Positions 41,037 to 50,812 of a DNA stretch of 64,000 nt are shown here, piece by piece (the stretch's first letter is position 1; each line of letters begins with the position of its first letter). The position numbers and the translations under genes were made by a program. The stretch is from the sequence record SRR20825019_2087; one strand, 5' to 3'. The notes beneath the pieces are model-generated. The model saw only the letters and a program-made list of their open reading frames with translations, did not search any database and had not been told where the DNA came from.

Positions 41037-43460
41037 TCAAATTCGTGCTTTTTTCACTTTAAATTCAAAAATGATCCCCAATGTTGGCTGTACGATTCCC
41101 GATTTGTTTTCAATAAATTTCGTCGCGTAGCGATTTGGATTATTTGGATCTGTGATCGGCTTCCCTTGTGCATCACGTTGAAGCAATAATATCGGCGCCA
41201 ATGTTGTTTTATACCCATAAGCGTTCTGAACATCAAAGTAGATGTTGAGCGAAACCTTTTCCAGGTCGAAGCGTTTGTCCACACGGATATTTAACTGATG
41301 GAAATTCGTTTCACGCTGCGTATTTAGCAAATCGTAATTTAATACTCCTGTATTATTTACATCCCAAACTTCTTTTAGACTTGAGGCTGCGACATCCACA
41401 GGCGTGTATGGCGCGCCACCTGAGTACAACCAACGGAATCCAACTTCCCACCCCTTTTTGAAGCGCTTACCACCTGTTACGGAGACTATATTTTTACTAT
41501 CCCAAGATGAAGGAATGCATCCACCATTTTTCGATAGAAACTCAGATGTAACATAGGTGTACGCCACAATTCCATAAAATCCTTTGACCAGTTTCTGCTG
41601 ATACAAAAACTCAACACCGTAAGATCGTCCTTCTGAACTCGACGAAACTTCTTCATTGCCCACAATTCCAAAATCTGACCCCAAATTGGCGAGTGAGATT
41701 GAATCAGAAACAGAAAACGGGTAGTTCGAATAGAGTTTGTAAAATCCTTCCACCGAAAACTTTGAACTAAAGTTTGTTTCATGCGCTACTCCAGCAATTA
41801 ACTGATCCACACGGAGGTAGCTGACATCGTTTTTTCTGTTTACCAAACTCGCATTTTGATCTCTGAACCCAAGAATTGTATACGACGGCAACTGATGATA
41901 GCGTGCGACGTTTGCACTCACAGACCAACGTTCCGTTACCGCATAACTGGCAGAAAACATTGGGGAAAGTTGATTCAATGGATTTGTCATCGCTGACGAA
42001 TAATTAGAAATATCCGTTCGAAGTCCTAAACTTAAATCGAGTCGTTCATTTAAGTAAGATTTACTCACTTGTCCGAATGCCGCAGCTTTGCTCAGGAATA
42101 AGTCCGATTGAAAATCTACTGTTACCACATTTGAATCAACAGAAATTCGATTGAATGTACTGCTGAAATACCGCGCATATTCATATCCAACACCAGCATT
42201 TACTTTGTATCCTTTTTTCAGCCAAGTATTCTCAAAACGCATTTTATTCTCCGCTTCGAAAGAAGAATAATCAAGGATTTTATTTGCTTCTGACTCTACA
42301 TTATCGGCATACTTTTGTGCGTTATTCTTCAACATATTTCTACTCAAAAACACTTGCTGATAACTGTTCGCGCTATAATGTGTGTAGATGACTCCAAACG
42401 TATAATTCCACTGATCTTGTGCTGGAATATTTCCTAAAAAATATTGGTTCAACTCCCGTTGATCAACATCTTCAACACCGTCATTTACTTTTTCGTTTAA
42501 CACAAATTTATCCAAAGCTCCTAGACCAATAAATGAAATTTTGTTCTTGTCATTAATCTTGTGATTCACCTTAAACTGCGCGTCGTTATAAGTTGGCAGG
42601 AAAGGTAATTTTAGCGCTGAAAACAGAAATTGCAAGTAAGATCTTCTTGCCGAAAAAATGAAATCTGTTTTCTTTCCAATCGGACCGTCCAACGTGAGTG
42701 CTACGTCGCTTGAGCCGACCGCAATATTTGCCAATAAAGCATCTTTATTTCCATCTTTTTGCTTGAATGCAATCACGGAACTCAGCCCATTTGCATAATT
42801 CGAAGGAAAAGCTCCTGCGTAAAAATCAACTTCTCTGATGAAGTTCACGTTCAACAATCCTACTGGACCGCCGCTGCTCCCCTGCGTTGCGAAGTGATTA
42901 ATATTCGGAACTTCGATTCCGTCTAAGTAAAACCGATTCTCTCCCGGAGCTCCACCTCTAATAATGACATCATTCCTAAACGAAGCCCTCGAAGCCACTC
43001 CCGGAAGCGCTTGAAGCACCTTGCTCACATCTCGATTTGCTCCTGGAAGTCGTTCAATTTCCGCAGAACTCAAGGTTTTTAAAGAAACGGGCGATTCTTT
43101 TCTTTTGTAAAATGGACTCGCGGTAACTTTCACTTCTTTCTGCTCTATAATTTCCTCCACTAATGGAAAGTTAAGTTCAACGACCCGCGAATTTGTAACT
43201 GTAATATCATTGATTACCAACTCTTCAAAACCAAAAGAAAAAGCTCTAAACGAATAAATCCCGGGCTCAAGTCCAGAAATCTCAAAATTCCCATCAATGT
43301 CTGAAGTACTTCCTTTCGATAAGCCTACTACTTGAACTTTTGTAAATTCTATGGACTGATTGTTAATCGCGTTGTACACTCTTCCTTTCACTGTTCCAGT
43401 CTGACCCAACGCTCCAAAAGTTGCAGCCATCCAAAATATCATTGACAAAGTCCATCTCAT
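41037..43460 (-). CDS. TonB-dependent receptor
   Basis: Carboxypeptidase-regulatory-like N domain, plug LPGV...IIRGG...EN..YLDG, beta-barrel; start M29 supported by promoter and signal peptide. Confidence 0.9.
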   Translation of the reverse strand: MRWTLSMIFWMAATFGALGQTGTVKGRVYNAINNQSIEFTKVQVVGLSKGSTSDIDGNFEISGLEPGIYSFRAFSFGFEELVINDITVTNSRVVELNFPLVEEIIEQKEVKVTASPFYKRKESPVSLKTLSSAEIERLPGANRDVSKVLQALPGVASRASFRNDVIIRGGAPGENRFYLDGIEVPNINHFATQGSSGGPVGLLNVNFIREVDFYAGAFPSNYANGLSSVIAFKQKDGNKDALLANIAVGSSDVALTLDGPIGKKTDFIFSARRSYLQFLFSALKLPFLPTYNDAQFKVNHKINDKNKISFIGLGALDKFVLNEKVNDGVEDVDQRELNQYFLGNIPAQDQWNYTFGVIYTHYSANSYQQVFLSRNMLKNNAQKYADNVESEANKILDYSSFEAENKMRFENTWLKKGYKVNAGVGYEYARYFSSTFNRISVDSNVVTVDFQSDLFLSKAAAFGQVSKSYLNERLDLSLGLRTDISNYSSAMTNPLNQLSPMFSASYAVTERWSVSANVARYHQLPSYTILGFRDQNASLVNRKNDVSYLRVDQLIAGVAHETNFSSKFSVEGFYKLYSNYPFSVSDSISLANLGSDFGIVGNEEVSSSSEGRSYGVEFLYQQKLVKGFYGIVAYTYVTSEFLSKNGGCIPSSWDSKNIVSVTGGKRFKKGWEVGFRWLYSGGAPYTPVDVAASSLKEVWDVNNTGVLNYDLLNTQRETNFHQLNIRVDKRFDLEKVSLNIYFDVQNAYGYKTTLAPILLLQRDAQGKPITDPNNPNRYATKFIENKSGIVQPTLGIIFEFKVKKARI

Positions 43461-43506
43461 GCTGCAAATATACATATTGTTTAACGAAACACTAAAATTG
43501 TTAAAC

Positions 43507-43539
43507 AAAAAAAAGGCCAACTCTATCAAGGGTTGGTCT
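43507..43539 (-). terminator. Intrinsic terminator after the DUF2147 gene
   Basis: AGACCAAC...GTTGGCCT hairpin then a T run on the minus strand. Confidence 0.7.
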
Positions 43540-43561
43540 CTCAAAATTCTTTTGTTTGCGA

Positions 43562-43993
43562 TTACTCATTGAATCGAATCCACGTTTGAGTTCTGTAAAA
43601 CGGACCTACAAAACCTCTCACCATTAAAATTTTATCACTCTCTGAGCTCAACCACATTTCTACGTTGTAAACTTTTCCATCTTCTGGGTCAACGATAGTA
43701 CCACTTTTCCATTTGGAACCGTTCCACTTCAATCCTCTTACAAGCTGCAATCCAACCAATGGCTGATCTTTTCTATCATCGGTACACTTTTTACATGTAG
43801 GATTTTCTTCTCTTCCCTCTCTTGGAAAAAGATAAATAATCTTTCCATAAAGCTTTCCGTCCTTTTTATACAATTCAACAACTGATTTTTCTTTGTCAGT
43901 TTTATCATCAATCGTAATCCACTTACCTACACAGCTTTGTCCAAATGTTGATAGCGATACGAAAATTGCAATTATTGCGATAAGTCCTTTCAT
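43562..43993 (-). CDS. DUF2147 family protein
   Basis: GKW.TIDD, C.KC, G.I.DP..GK.Y, VRGF.G...RTQTW.R. Confidence 0.9.
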   Translation of the reverse strand: MKGLIAIIAIFVSLSTFGQSCVGKWITIDDKTDKEKSVVELYKKDGKLYGKIIYLFPREGREENPTCKKCTDDRKDQPLVGLQLVRGLKWNGSKWKSGTIVDPEDGKVYNVEMWLSSESDKILMVRGFVGPFYRTQTWIRFNE

Positions 43994-44038
43994 AATTTTA
44001 TTGTTTAATTTCTCTAAAATACTGTTTAGTTTTATTTA

Positions 44039-44596
44039 TTATGCAAGCCTAAGGAAATTTTTTAAAATCGTCTTTCCCATGGGCGTCATTACAGATTCTG
44101 GATGAAACTGTACTCCAAATAGCTTTCGTTCCTCATTACTTAGCGCCATCAACACCCCACTTTCCGCAGTTGCAATGGTTAAAAAATCGCCACTATTTTC
44201 TTTCACGGCCCAACTATGGTACAAACCAACTTCAATTTTTTCAGGAAGCTTTTCAAACAAAGGACTTTTCAATAACTGTACCGTTTCTTGCACACCGTGC
44301 TTCACCTGTGGTAAGTTATATAGCTCACCGCCCAGAAACTCTCCTATTGCCTGCATCCCAAGACAAACACCCAAAATTGGAACTTTACCTTCCGCTAGAC
44401 GGATTATTTCATTCATTCTTCCTGAGTCTTTTGGAAGTCCAGGCCCAGGTGAGAGCACTATTCCATCAAACGCCAATGGATTAATTTCAGGAGCATCATT
44501 TTTCATTACTTCTACCTGAACATCTAATCCCGTGAGATAGTGCGCCAAATTAAAGGTGAAAGAATCGTAATTGTCTATAAGAAGTAATCGCTGCAC
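44039..44596 (-). CDS. trpG: Anthranilate / aminodeoxychorismate synthase component II
   Basis: IDNYDSFT.NL, SPGPG.P, GVCLG.Q, YHS, QFHPES; could equally be pabA. Confidence 0.88.
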   Translation of the reverse strand: MQRLLLIDNYDSFTFNLAHYLTGLDVQVEVMKNDAPEINPLAFDGIVLSPGPGLPKDSGRMNEIIRLAEGKVPILGVCLGMQAIGEFLGGELYNLPQVKHGVQETVQLLKSPLFEKLPEKIEVGLYHSWAVKENSGDFLTIATAESGVLMALSNEERKLFGVQFHPESVMTPMGKTILKNFLRLA

Positions 44597-44619
44597 GAAC
44601 TCTATAATTTTATGTAAAC

Positions 44620-45015
44620 TTGTACAAAATTAATCAGTTGAAGAAAGTAATACAAATTCCAGGCGCTCCAGCACCAATTGGCCCATATAGTCAAGCCATT
44701 CTTGTAGACGGTACACTGTATGTTTCAGGACAGATTCCAATGAACCCTGTAAATGGTGACATTGAATACGATAGCATTGAAAAAGCGACGCATCAAGTGA
44801 TGAAAAACATTTCATCTTTGTTGGAAGAAGCTGAAATGACCGTTGAGAATATTGTTAAATGCAGTATTTTCTTGAAAGATTTGGAAGATTTCGGAGCCGT
44901 AAATGAAATATACGGAAGCTATTTTCGTTCATTGCCTCCAGCAAGAGAGACAGTTCAGGTAGCTCGACTTCCCAAAGATGTATCCATAGAAATTTCGTGT
45001 ATCGCCGTTAAATAA
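44620..45015 (+). CDS. ridA: RidA-family reactive intermediate deaminase
   Basis: APAPIGPYSQA, SGQI, PAR..V.V..LP....IEI; start may be TTG 44638. Confidence 0.92.
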   Translation: MYKINQLKKVIQIPGAPAPIGPYSQAILVDGTLYVSGQIPMNPVNGDIEYDSIEKATHQVMKNISSLLEEAEMTVENIVKCSIFLKDLEDFGAVNEIYGSYFRSLPPARETVQVARLPKDVSIEISCIAVK

Positions 45016-45020
45016 ACTGA

Positions 45021-46928
45021 TTGAATTCATCATCCGCATATAAACTCAGTGTAATCATCGTCAACTACAACGTTGAACATTTTCTGAACCAATGTTTAGA
45101 TTCTGTGAAGCGCGCATCAGCAAACTCTTCTGTGGAAGTACTGATTGTTGACAATAATTCTGTGGATGGCTCTCTGAAAATGCTAGAAACTCATTATCCC
45201 GAGTTTACATTGATTGCCAATAAGGACAATGCTGGATTTTCCAAGGCAAACAATCAGGCCATTCGGATTGCGAAAGGAGAGTATATTTTACTCCTCAATC
45301 CAGATACCGTTGTTTCGGAAGACACCTTTGAAAAAGTAATCGCTTTCATGGACGAACATCCAAATGCGGGCGGTTTAGGAGTGCACATGATTGACGGAAG
45401 AGGGCATTTTTTACCCGAATCCAAGCGTGGACTCCCAACACCTTCTGTAGCGTTTTATAAAATCTTTGGTTTATCGAAAGTCTTTCCGAAATCAAAACGC
45501 TTTGGACAATATCATTTGGGACATATTTCGGAAAACGAAACGGCAAAAATTGATGTATTAAGTGGCGCTTTTATGCTAATGCGTAAAACGGCACTTGACA
45601 AAGTTGGATTGTTGGACGAAGACTATTTCATGTATGGTGAGGACATCGATCTTTCCTACAGAATTCAGCAAGGAGGATACGATAATTACTATTTTCCAGA
45701 AACAAGCATCATTCATTACAAAGGAGAAAGCACCAAGAAAAGTTCGGTGAATTACGTTTTTATTTTCTACAAAGCGATGGTCATTTTCGCTGAGAAGCAT
45801 TTCAGTGGAAAAAACGCGTGGCTTCTTTCGTTTTTGATCAACGTCGCGATTTATCTTCGGGCATTCATGGCCGTTTGTGCGCGAGTTGTTCAACGCATCT
45901 TCCTACCTTTTGTTGATTTCATTTATATCGCTACAGGCGCCTATTTCTTGACGAATTATTGGAAAATGGCGAATATTCTCTTCCCAGAAGACCTTATTCG
46001 TTATTCCATCCCCATTTATAGCATTGTTTGGATCGTTTCAGCACTCATAAATGGAGCTTACGATGCACCTGTGAAACTTTTTCGCTTTGTAAAAAGCACT
46101 TTTATAGGAACCGCATTGATATTAATCGCTTATGCCATTCTTCCAAAAGAGTATCAGTTTTCACGTTTATTTATATTCGCTGGCGCAGGTTGGGCATTGA
46201 CTTATCACATTAGTTCACGGGTTTTTCTTCACCTGTTTGTTGGAGGTAAAAGTCGACTTTACTCTAAACGAAAACGTCCATTTTCGGTCATTTCAGAGAA
46301 AGAAGAATTCGATCGAATAAAAACATTGTTGACACAAACACAAACGGGACTAGGCTCTATCCAACATCATGCTTTAGGCAAAGAAAGCAAGTCATTTGCA
46401 GGCGAATTGATCTTCTCATCGAAAGATTTAAGCTACAAGGCAATCATTGAACAGATGAAAAAATTGAAAAGCGATCAACAAGATTTCAAGATAGCTCCGC
46501 CTAATAGTCTGATTCTCATAGGAAGTAACTCAATTGACACAGCGGGCGATCTTTACATTCTCAATATCAACGCGCTTAACAGTACAGAGAACAAGCGAAA
46601 AAAGCGTTTGTTTGACCTGTGTGTTTCATTCGGACTTCTTGTTACATTACCTATTTCCATTTTCTTGTTTAAAGACAAGAAGCGCTTTGCGTCGAATACA
46701 CTCTCAATTTTCCTTGGAAAGGCCTCTTTTATTGGATATACCGACACCGAAATGAAAACAGATGTTCGGCTCCCAAAAACAAAAATTGGCATTCTTTCTC
46801 CTTCGGAAGCTATAGACGATTCAACCCCAATTATCCGCAAGAAGTTAAACTTATTATACGCCAGAGACTACTCAATGAGAAAAGACTTATCCATATTGCT
46901 GAAAGCTTGGGAGAATCTTGATCGCTAG
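45021..46928 (+). CDS. GT2 glycosyltransferase fused to TM helices and a degenerate sugar-transferase domain
   Basis: VIIVNYN, VDNNS.DG, LLNPD, GAFM, FMYGED.D; C-terminal KRLFD...SFIGY...Y..DY....DL.IL. Confidence 0.88.
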   Translation: MNSSSAYKLSVIIVNYNVEHFLNQCLDSVKRASANSSVEVLIVDNNSVDGSLKMLETHYPEFTLIANKDNAGFSKANNQAIRIAKGEYILLLNPDTVVSEDTFEKVIAFMDEHPNAGGLGVHMIDGRGHFLPESKRGLPTPSVAFYKIFGLSKVFPKSKRFGQYHLGHISENETAKIDVLSGAFMLMRKTALDKVGLLDEDYFMYGEDIDLSYRIQQGGYDNYYFPETSIIHYKGESTKKSSVNYVFIFYKAMVIFAEKHFSGKNAWLLSFLINVAIYLRAFMAVCARVVQRIFLPFVDFIYIATGAYFLTNYWKMANILFPEDLIRYSIPIYSIVWIVSALINGAYDAPVKLFRFVKSTFIGTALILIAYAILPKEYQFSRLFIFAGAGWALTYHISSRVFLHLFVGGKSRLYSKRKRPFSVISEKEEFDRIKTLLTQTQTGLGSIQHHALGKESKSFAGELIFSSKDLSYKAIIEQMKKLKSDQQDFKIAPPNSLILIGSNSIDTAGDLYILNINALNSTENKRKKRLFDLCVSFGLLVTLPISIFLFKDKKRFASNTLSIFLGKASFIGYTDTEMKTDVRLPKTKIGILSPSEAIDDSTPIIRKKLNLLYARDYSMRKDLSILLKAWENLDR

Positions 46929-47000
46929 TTCACTTGCCAAAAACGAAAATTAGCTTATTTTTGTAGCCATTAAAGAGAACTTGATTTTTTTAAGTATTAT

Positions 47001-48344
47001 ATGGCTCAAATAGAAATTAGACTCCCAAAAATGGGAGAAAGCGTAACCGAAGCAACAATCACCAACTGGTTAAAAAACGTTGGAGATACTGTAGAAATGG
47101 ACGAACCTTTGGTTGAAGTTGCTACAGATAAGGTGGATAACGAGTTACCTTCTGAAGCGGAAGGAGTCCTTATCAAGCGATTATTCGAGAAAGATCAAGT
47201 AGCTCAAGTTGGTGATGTAATTGCTATCATTTCCACAGATGGATCTGGTGCTGCGGAATCTGCTCCAGTAAAAGAGTCTACTCCAACTGCTACAGCTGCG
47301 GAAGTAACACCAGTTGTTTCAAGCAACACAGCCCCAATGAACGGTGTGGATGCCGTTGAAAAAACAGGACCTTCAGGAAAATTTTATTCTCCACTTGTGA
47401 GAAGCATTGCTTCGAGTGAAAACATTTCTATGCAAGAATTAGAAACGATTTCTGGAACTGGACAAGGAGGAAGAGTAACCAAAAAAGACATATTATCTTT
47501 CATTGATGGAGGAAGAGCAGTTGCAAAGCCTGCTGCTACTGAGGCCGTGAAAGCGACAACTGCTCCAGCAGCTCAACCAGCAACAGGAGGTGGATTCTTG
47601 GCAAACATTAAAGAGCCAGTAGTTCTTCCAATGCCTGGAGACGAAATTATAGAGATGGACCGTATGCGTAAGCTTATTGCGGATCACATGGTAATGTCTA
47701 CACACGTTTCACCGCACGTTACAAGTTATGTTGAGGCGGACGTTACCGAAATCGTGAATTGGAGAAATCGCGTTAAGAAATCCTATGCAGACCGCGAAGG
47801 AGAAAATATCACCTTCACTCCTATTTTCATAGAAGCGGTAGTGAAAGCAATTAAAGATTTCCCAATGATCAATGTTTCAGTTTCTGGAACAAACATCATT
47901 AAAAGAAAAGATATCAATGTAGGAATGGCGACCGCGTTGCCTTCTGGAAACTTAATAGTTCCTGTAATTAAACAGGCAGATCGATTGAACCTTACGGGAC
48001 TTTCAAAATCTGTGAATGAACTTGCAAGAAATGCGAGAGATAATAAATTGAAACCAGAAGATATTCAAGGTGGTACATATACAGTAACCAACGTAGGTAC
48101 TTTTGGAAACGTGATGGGAACACCTATCATTAATCAACCTCAAGTAGCAATTCTCGCACTTGGAGCCATTCGTAAAGTTCCAGCAGTTATAGAAACACCA
48201 CATGGAGACTTCATTGGAATTCGCCATAAAATGTTCCTTTCTCACTCATACGATCACCGAGTAGTTGACGGCGCATTAGGTGGACAATTTGTTCGTCGCG
48301 TTGCTGATTACTTAGAACAATTCGACGGAAAACGCGAAATTTAA
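47001..48344 (+). CDS. 2-oxoacid dehydrogenase E2 acyltransferase (probably branched-chain type)
   Basis: LPKMGES..E, ATDKVD lipoyl site, YSPLVR, YDHRVVDG. Confidence 0.9.
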   Translation: MAQIEIRLPKMGESVTEATITNWLKNVGDTVEMDEPLVEVATDKVDNELPSEAEGVLIKRLFEKDQVAQVGDVIAIISTDGSGAAESAPVKESTPTATAAEVTPVVSSNTAPMNGVDAVEKTGPSGKFYSPLVRSIASSENISMQELETISGTGQGGRVTKKDILSFIDGGRAVAKPAATEAVKATTAPAAQPATGGGFLANIKEPVVLPMPGDEIIEMDRMRKLIADHMVMSTHVSPHVTSYVEADVTEIVNWRNRVKKSYADREGENITFTPIFIEAVVKAIKDFPMINVSVSGTNIIKRKDINVGMATALPSGNLIVPVIKQADRLNLTGLSKSVNELARNARDNKLKPEDIQGGTYTVTNVGTFGNVMGTPIINQPQVAILALGAIRKVPAVIETPHGDFIGIRHKMFLSHSYDHRVVDGALGGQFVRRVADYLEQFDGKREI

Positions 48345-48358
48345 CTTGATAAACACTT

Positions 48359-50668
48359 ATGAAAACACTACTCACACTTTCACTTCTTGCATTCTCATTC
48401 TGCTCACTTTCCCAAATGACAGAGTTGGAAGTAAGAAAAATGGTTAACACTGCAGACGAACAACAACTTGTTTTCGAGAGCTCTCGTATGCTACAAGAAA
48501 ACTTTTATTTCCATGCAGAGATCGTCGTCGATAAATTATTGACGTTGAAGCCTCAAAGTGCAAACTACAATTACAAAAAGGGGTTCATTATTTTGGACTC
48601 TCGCTCAGATTTTGAGACAGCTATGCGTCATTTGCAGATAGCTGTTACAAACACGAATAAGAACTACGATGCTTTCTCTGCAAGAGAAGAAAGTGCGCCA
48701 ATCGATGCTTATTTTCACTTAGCGCGTTGTTATCATTTGGACGAGCAGCTTGATAAAGCAACAGAATATTTCAACCTGTTCATTGCAAATTCTTCGAAAA
48801 AATCGGAGCGTGTGCAGCAAGCTGAATTGATGCTGAAACAAGTCGCAGTGGCAAAAGACCTTATTGCTCACCCAAAATCAGCAGAAGTAAAAAACATCGG
48901 TGCAATTGTAAATGCTGGAACTCCAGAATACGCACCAGTCGTTTCTTTGGATGGAACTTCATTGTACTTTACTTCACGTCGAGAATGGCCAGACAAAAGC
49001 TCTGATCAATTCAAAGATCCGATGCTCAATAACTATCCTGAAGATATTTATGTGAGTTATGCCGATTTTGAAGGTGAATGGACTTCTCCTGAAAAACTTG
49101 CATTTTGTAACAATCAAATGAACGAGGCTACGATCGCGGTAAGTTCTGATGAGAAAAGAATCTTCGTTTATCAAGACGTTACAGGTGGTGGTGATATTTA
49201 TTACTCTGATTTCTCAGGAAATCAATTCGATGTTCTTAATGAATTGAATTACACTGAAGTAAACACTAAATATTGGGAAACGCACTGTACAGTTACTCCA
49301 GATGGACAAACGATGTACTTTGTTTCTGATCGTCCAGGAGGATTTGGCGGACGCGATATTTACCGAATTGTAAAGTTGCCAAATGGTCAATGGAGTAAAG
49401 CCCAAAATATGGGACCAGAAATTAATACTCCGAATGACGAGGACTCTCCTTTTATTGACGTCAACAACAAAACTCTTTACTACTCAAGTAATGGAGCAAA
49501 AAGCATGGGTGATTTCGACGTTTTTGTAACATTCAGAGATGCTGATAACAACTGGTCTGAGCCATTAAATATGGGTTATCCAATTAACTCTACTGGAGCT
49601 GACATCTTTTATACAACTACAATTGATGGATTGAAAGGATACCTTTCTTCTTTCAGAAAAGGTGGATTTGGAGAGAAAGACATCTACGAAATCCGTAACG
49701 ATTACTTGGGTAACCGACCAATTAGTGCGCTTCGTGGAGCATTTGTTTCTCTTAACGGAAATCCTGTTTCAGACGACATGAAAGTTGTATTGAAATGCGT
49801 AAACTGTCAATCAGAAGAAGCAAAATCAACTGATCTTCGTGTGAAAAACGGAACATTCTTCGCAGTACTTGAAAGATGTAAGGATTATGCTATCGAATAT
49901 TATGATGCACAAGGGAAACTTCTCGGTAAGGATAATTATACTACGCTTTGTAATTCTGAAAACGAAGAAATCGATGCGACTTACTACCTTGGAGATTACA
50001 ACCTTGCTCTATCGACAAAGGATAGTAAAACCTTATCAAGTGTTCAAGGAGCAAAAATTGATCTTATCGATTCTAAGACAAGAGAAGTTGTTCGCTCATA
50101 TACTACTGACGTAAATGGAACAGTTTCTCAGAACTTCATTAGCGACAAGAAGTTTGGAGATCCAGTTAACGTGGAAATCGTTGTGACTAAGGAAGACTAT
50201 CAAAAACAAACATTTATTCTTGATACAGTCTTAAGAAAAGACGGTACGATTAAAATTGACTTCGCGCTTGTTCCGATTAAAATTGGAGGTGATGTATCTG
50301 AATTAATTGACATCAATCCTATATACTTCGATCTAGATAAATCTGATATTCGTCCAGATGCAGCTATTGAATTGGACAAAATCGTGAGAATTATGAACGA
50401 TAATCCTACAATGAGAATTGAATTAGCTTCTCATACTGATTGTCGCGCAAGCAAAGGATATAACCAATCTTTATCTGAACGACGTGCTAAATCGTCAGCG
50501 TCTTATATCCGTCAACGAATCACTAATCCTAGCAGAATCTACGGAAAAGGATACGGAGAAAGCAAATTGAAAAATGGTTGCGAGTGTGAAGGTGAAGTAC
50601 AATCAACTTGTTCTGAAGCAGAACATCAAGCAAACAGACGTACTGAATTTACTATTTTACAACGATAG
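48359..50668 (+). CDS. TPR-PD40-OmpA_C protein (PorE-like architecture)
   Basis: TPR helices, PD40 repeats (YF.S.R.GG.GG.DIY), IYFDLDK, SHTDCR...YN..LS.RRA, GYGE, NRRTEF. Confidence 0.9.
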   Translation: MKTLLTLSLLAFSFCSLSQMTELEVRKMVNTADEQQLVFESSRMLQENFYFHAEIVVDKLLTLKPQSANYNYKKGFIILDSRSDFETAMRHLQIAVTNTNKNYDAFSAREESAPIDAYFHLARCYHLDEQLDKATEYFNLFIANSSKKSERVQQAELMLKQVAVAKDLIAHPKSAEVKNIGAIVNAGTPEYAPVVSLDGTSLYFTSRREWPDKSSDQFKDPMLNNYPEDIYVSYADFEGEWTSPEKLAFCNNQMNEATIAVSSDEKRIFVYQDVTGGGDIYYSDFSGNQFDVLNELNYTEVNTKYWETHCTVTPDGQTMYFVSDRPGGFGGRDIYRIVKLPNGQWSKAQNMGPEINTPNDEDSPFIDVNNKTLYYSSNGAKSMGDFDVFVTFRDADNNWSEPLNMGYPINSTGADIFYTTTIDGLKGYLSSFRKGGFGEKDIYEIRNDYLGNRPISALRGAFVSLNGNPVSDDMKVVLKCVNCQSEEAKSTDLRVKNGTFFAVLERCKDYAIEYYDAQGKLLGKDNYTTLCNSENEEIDATYYLGDYNLALSTKDSKTLSSVQGAKIDLIDSKTREVVRSYTTDVNGTVSQNFISDKKFGDPVNVEIVVTKEDYQKQTFILDTVLRKDGTIKIDFALVPIKIGGDVSELIDINPIYFDLDKSDIRPDAAIELDKIVRIMNDNPTMRIELASHTDCRASKGYNQSLSERRAKSSASYIRQRITNPSRIYGKGYGESKLKNGCECEGEVQSTCSEAEHQANRRTEFTILQR

Positions 50669-50689
50669 AATTTCATTCATATACTTAAG

Positions 50690-50720
50690 AAAGGGGCAGA
50701 GTAATCTGCCTCTTTTTTTT
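50690..50720 (+). terminator. Intrinsic terminator
   Basis: AAAGGGGCAGA-GTAA-TCTGCCTCTTT followed by a T run. Confidence 0.85.
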
Positions 50721-50812
50721 GCGCAAAAAATTGTCATGTCAATCATTTTCAGATATTTGTAACCTGAACACTATTTATTGCGTAAAAAAAATCACACCGA
50801 AACTATTACATT

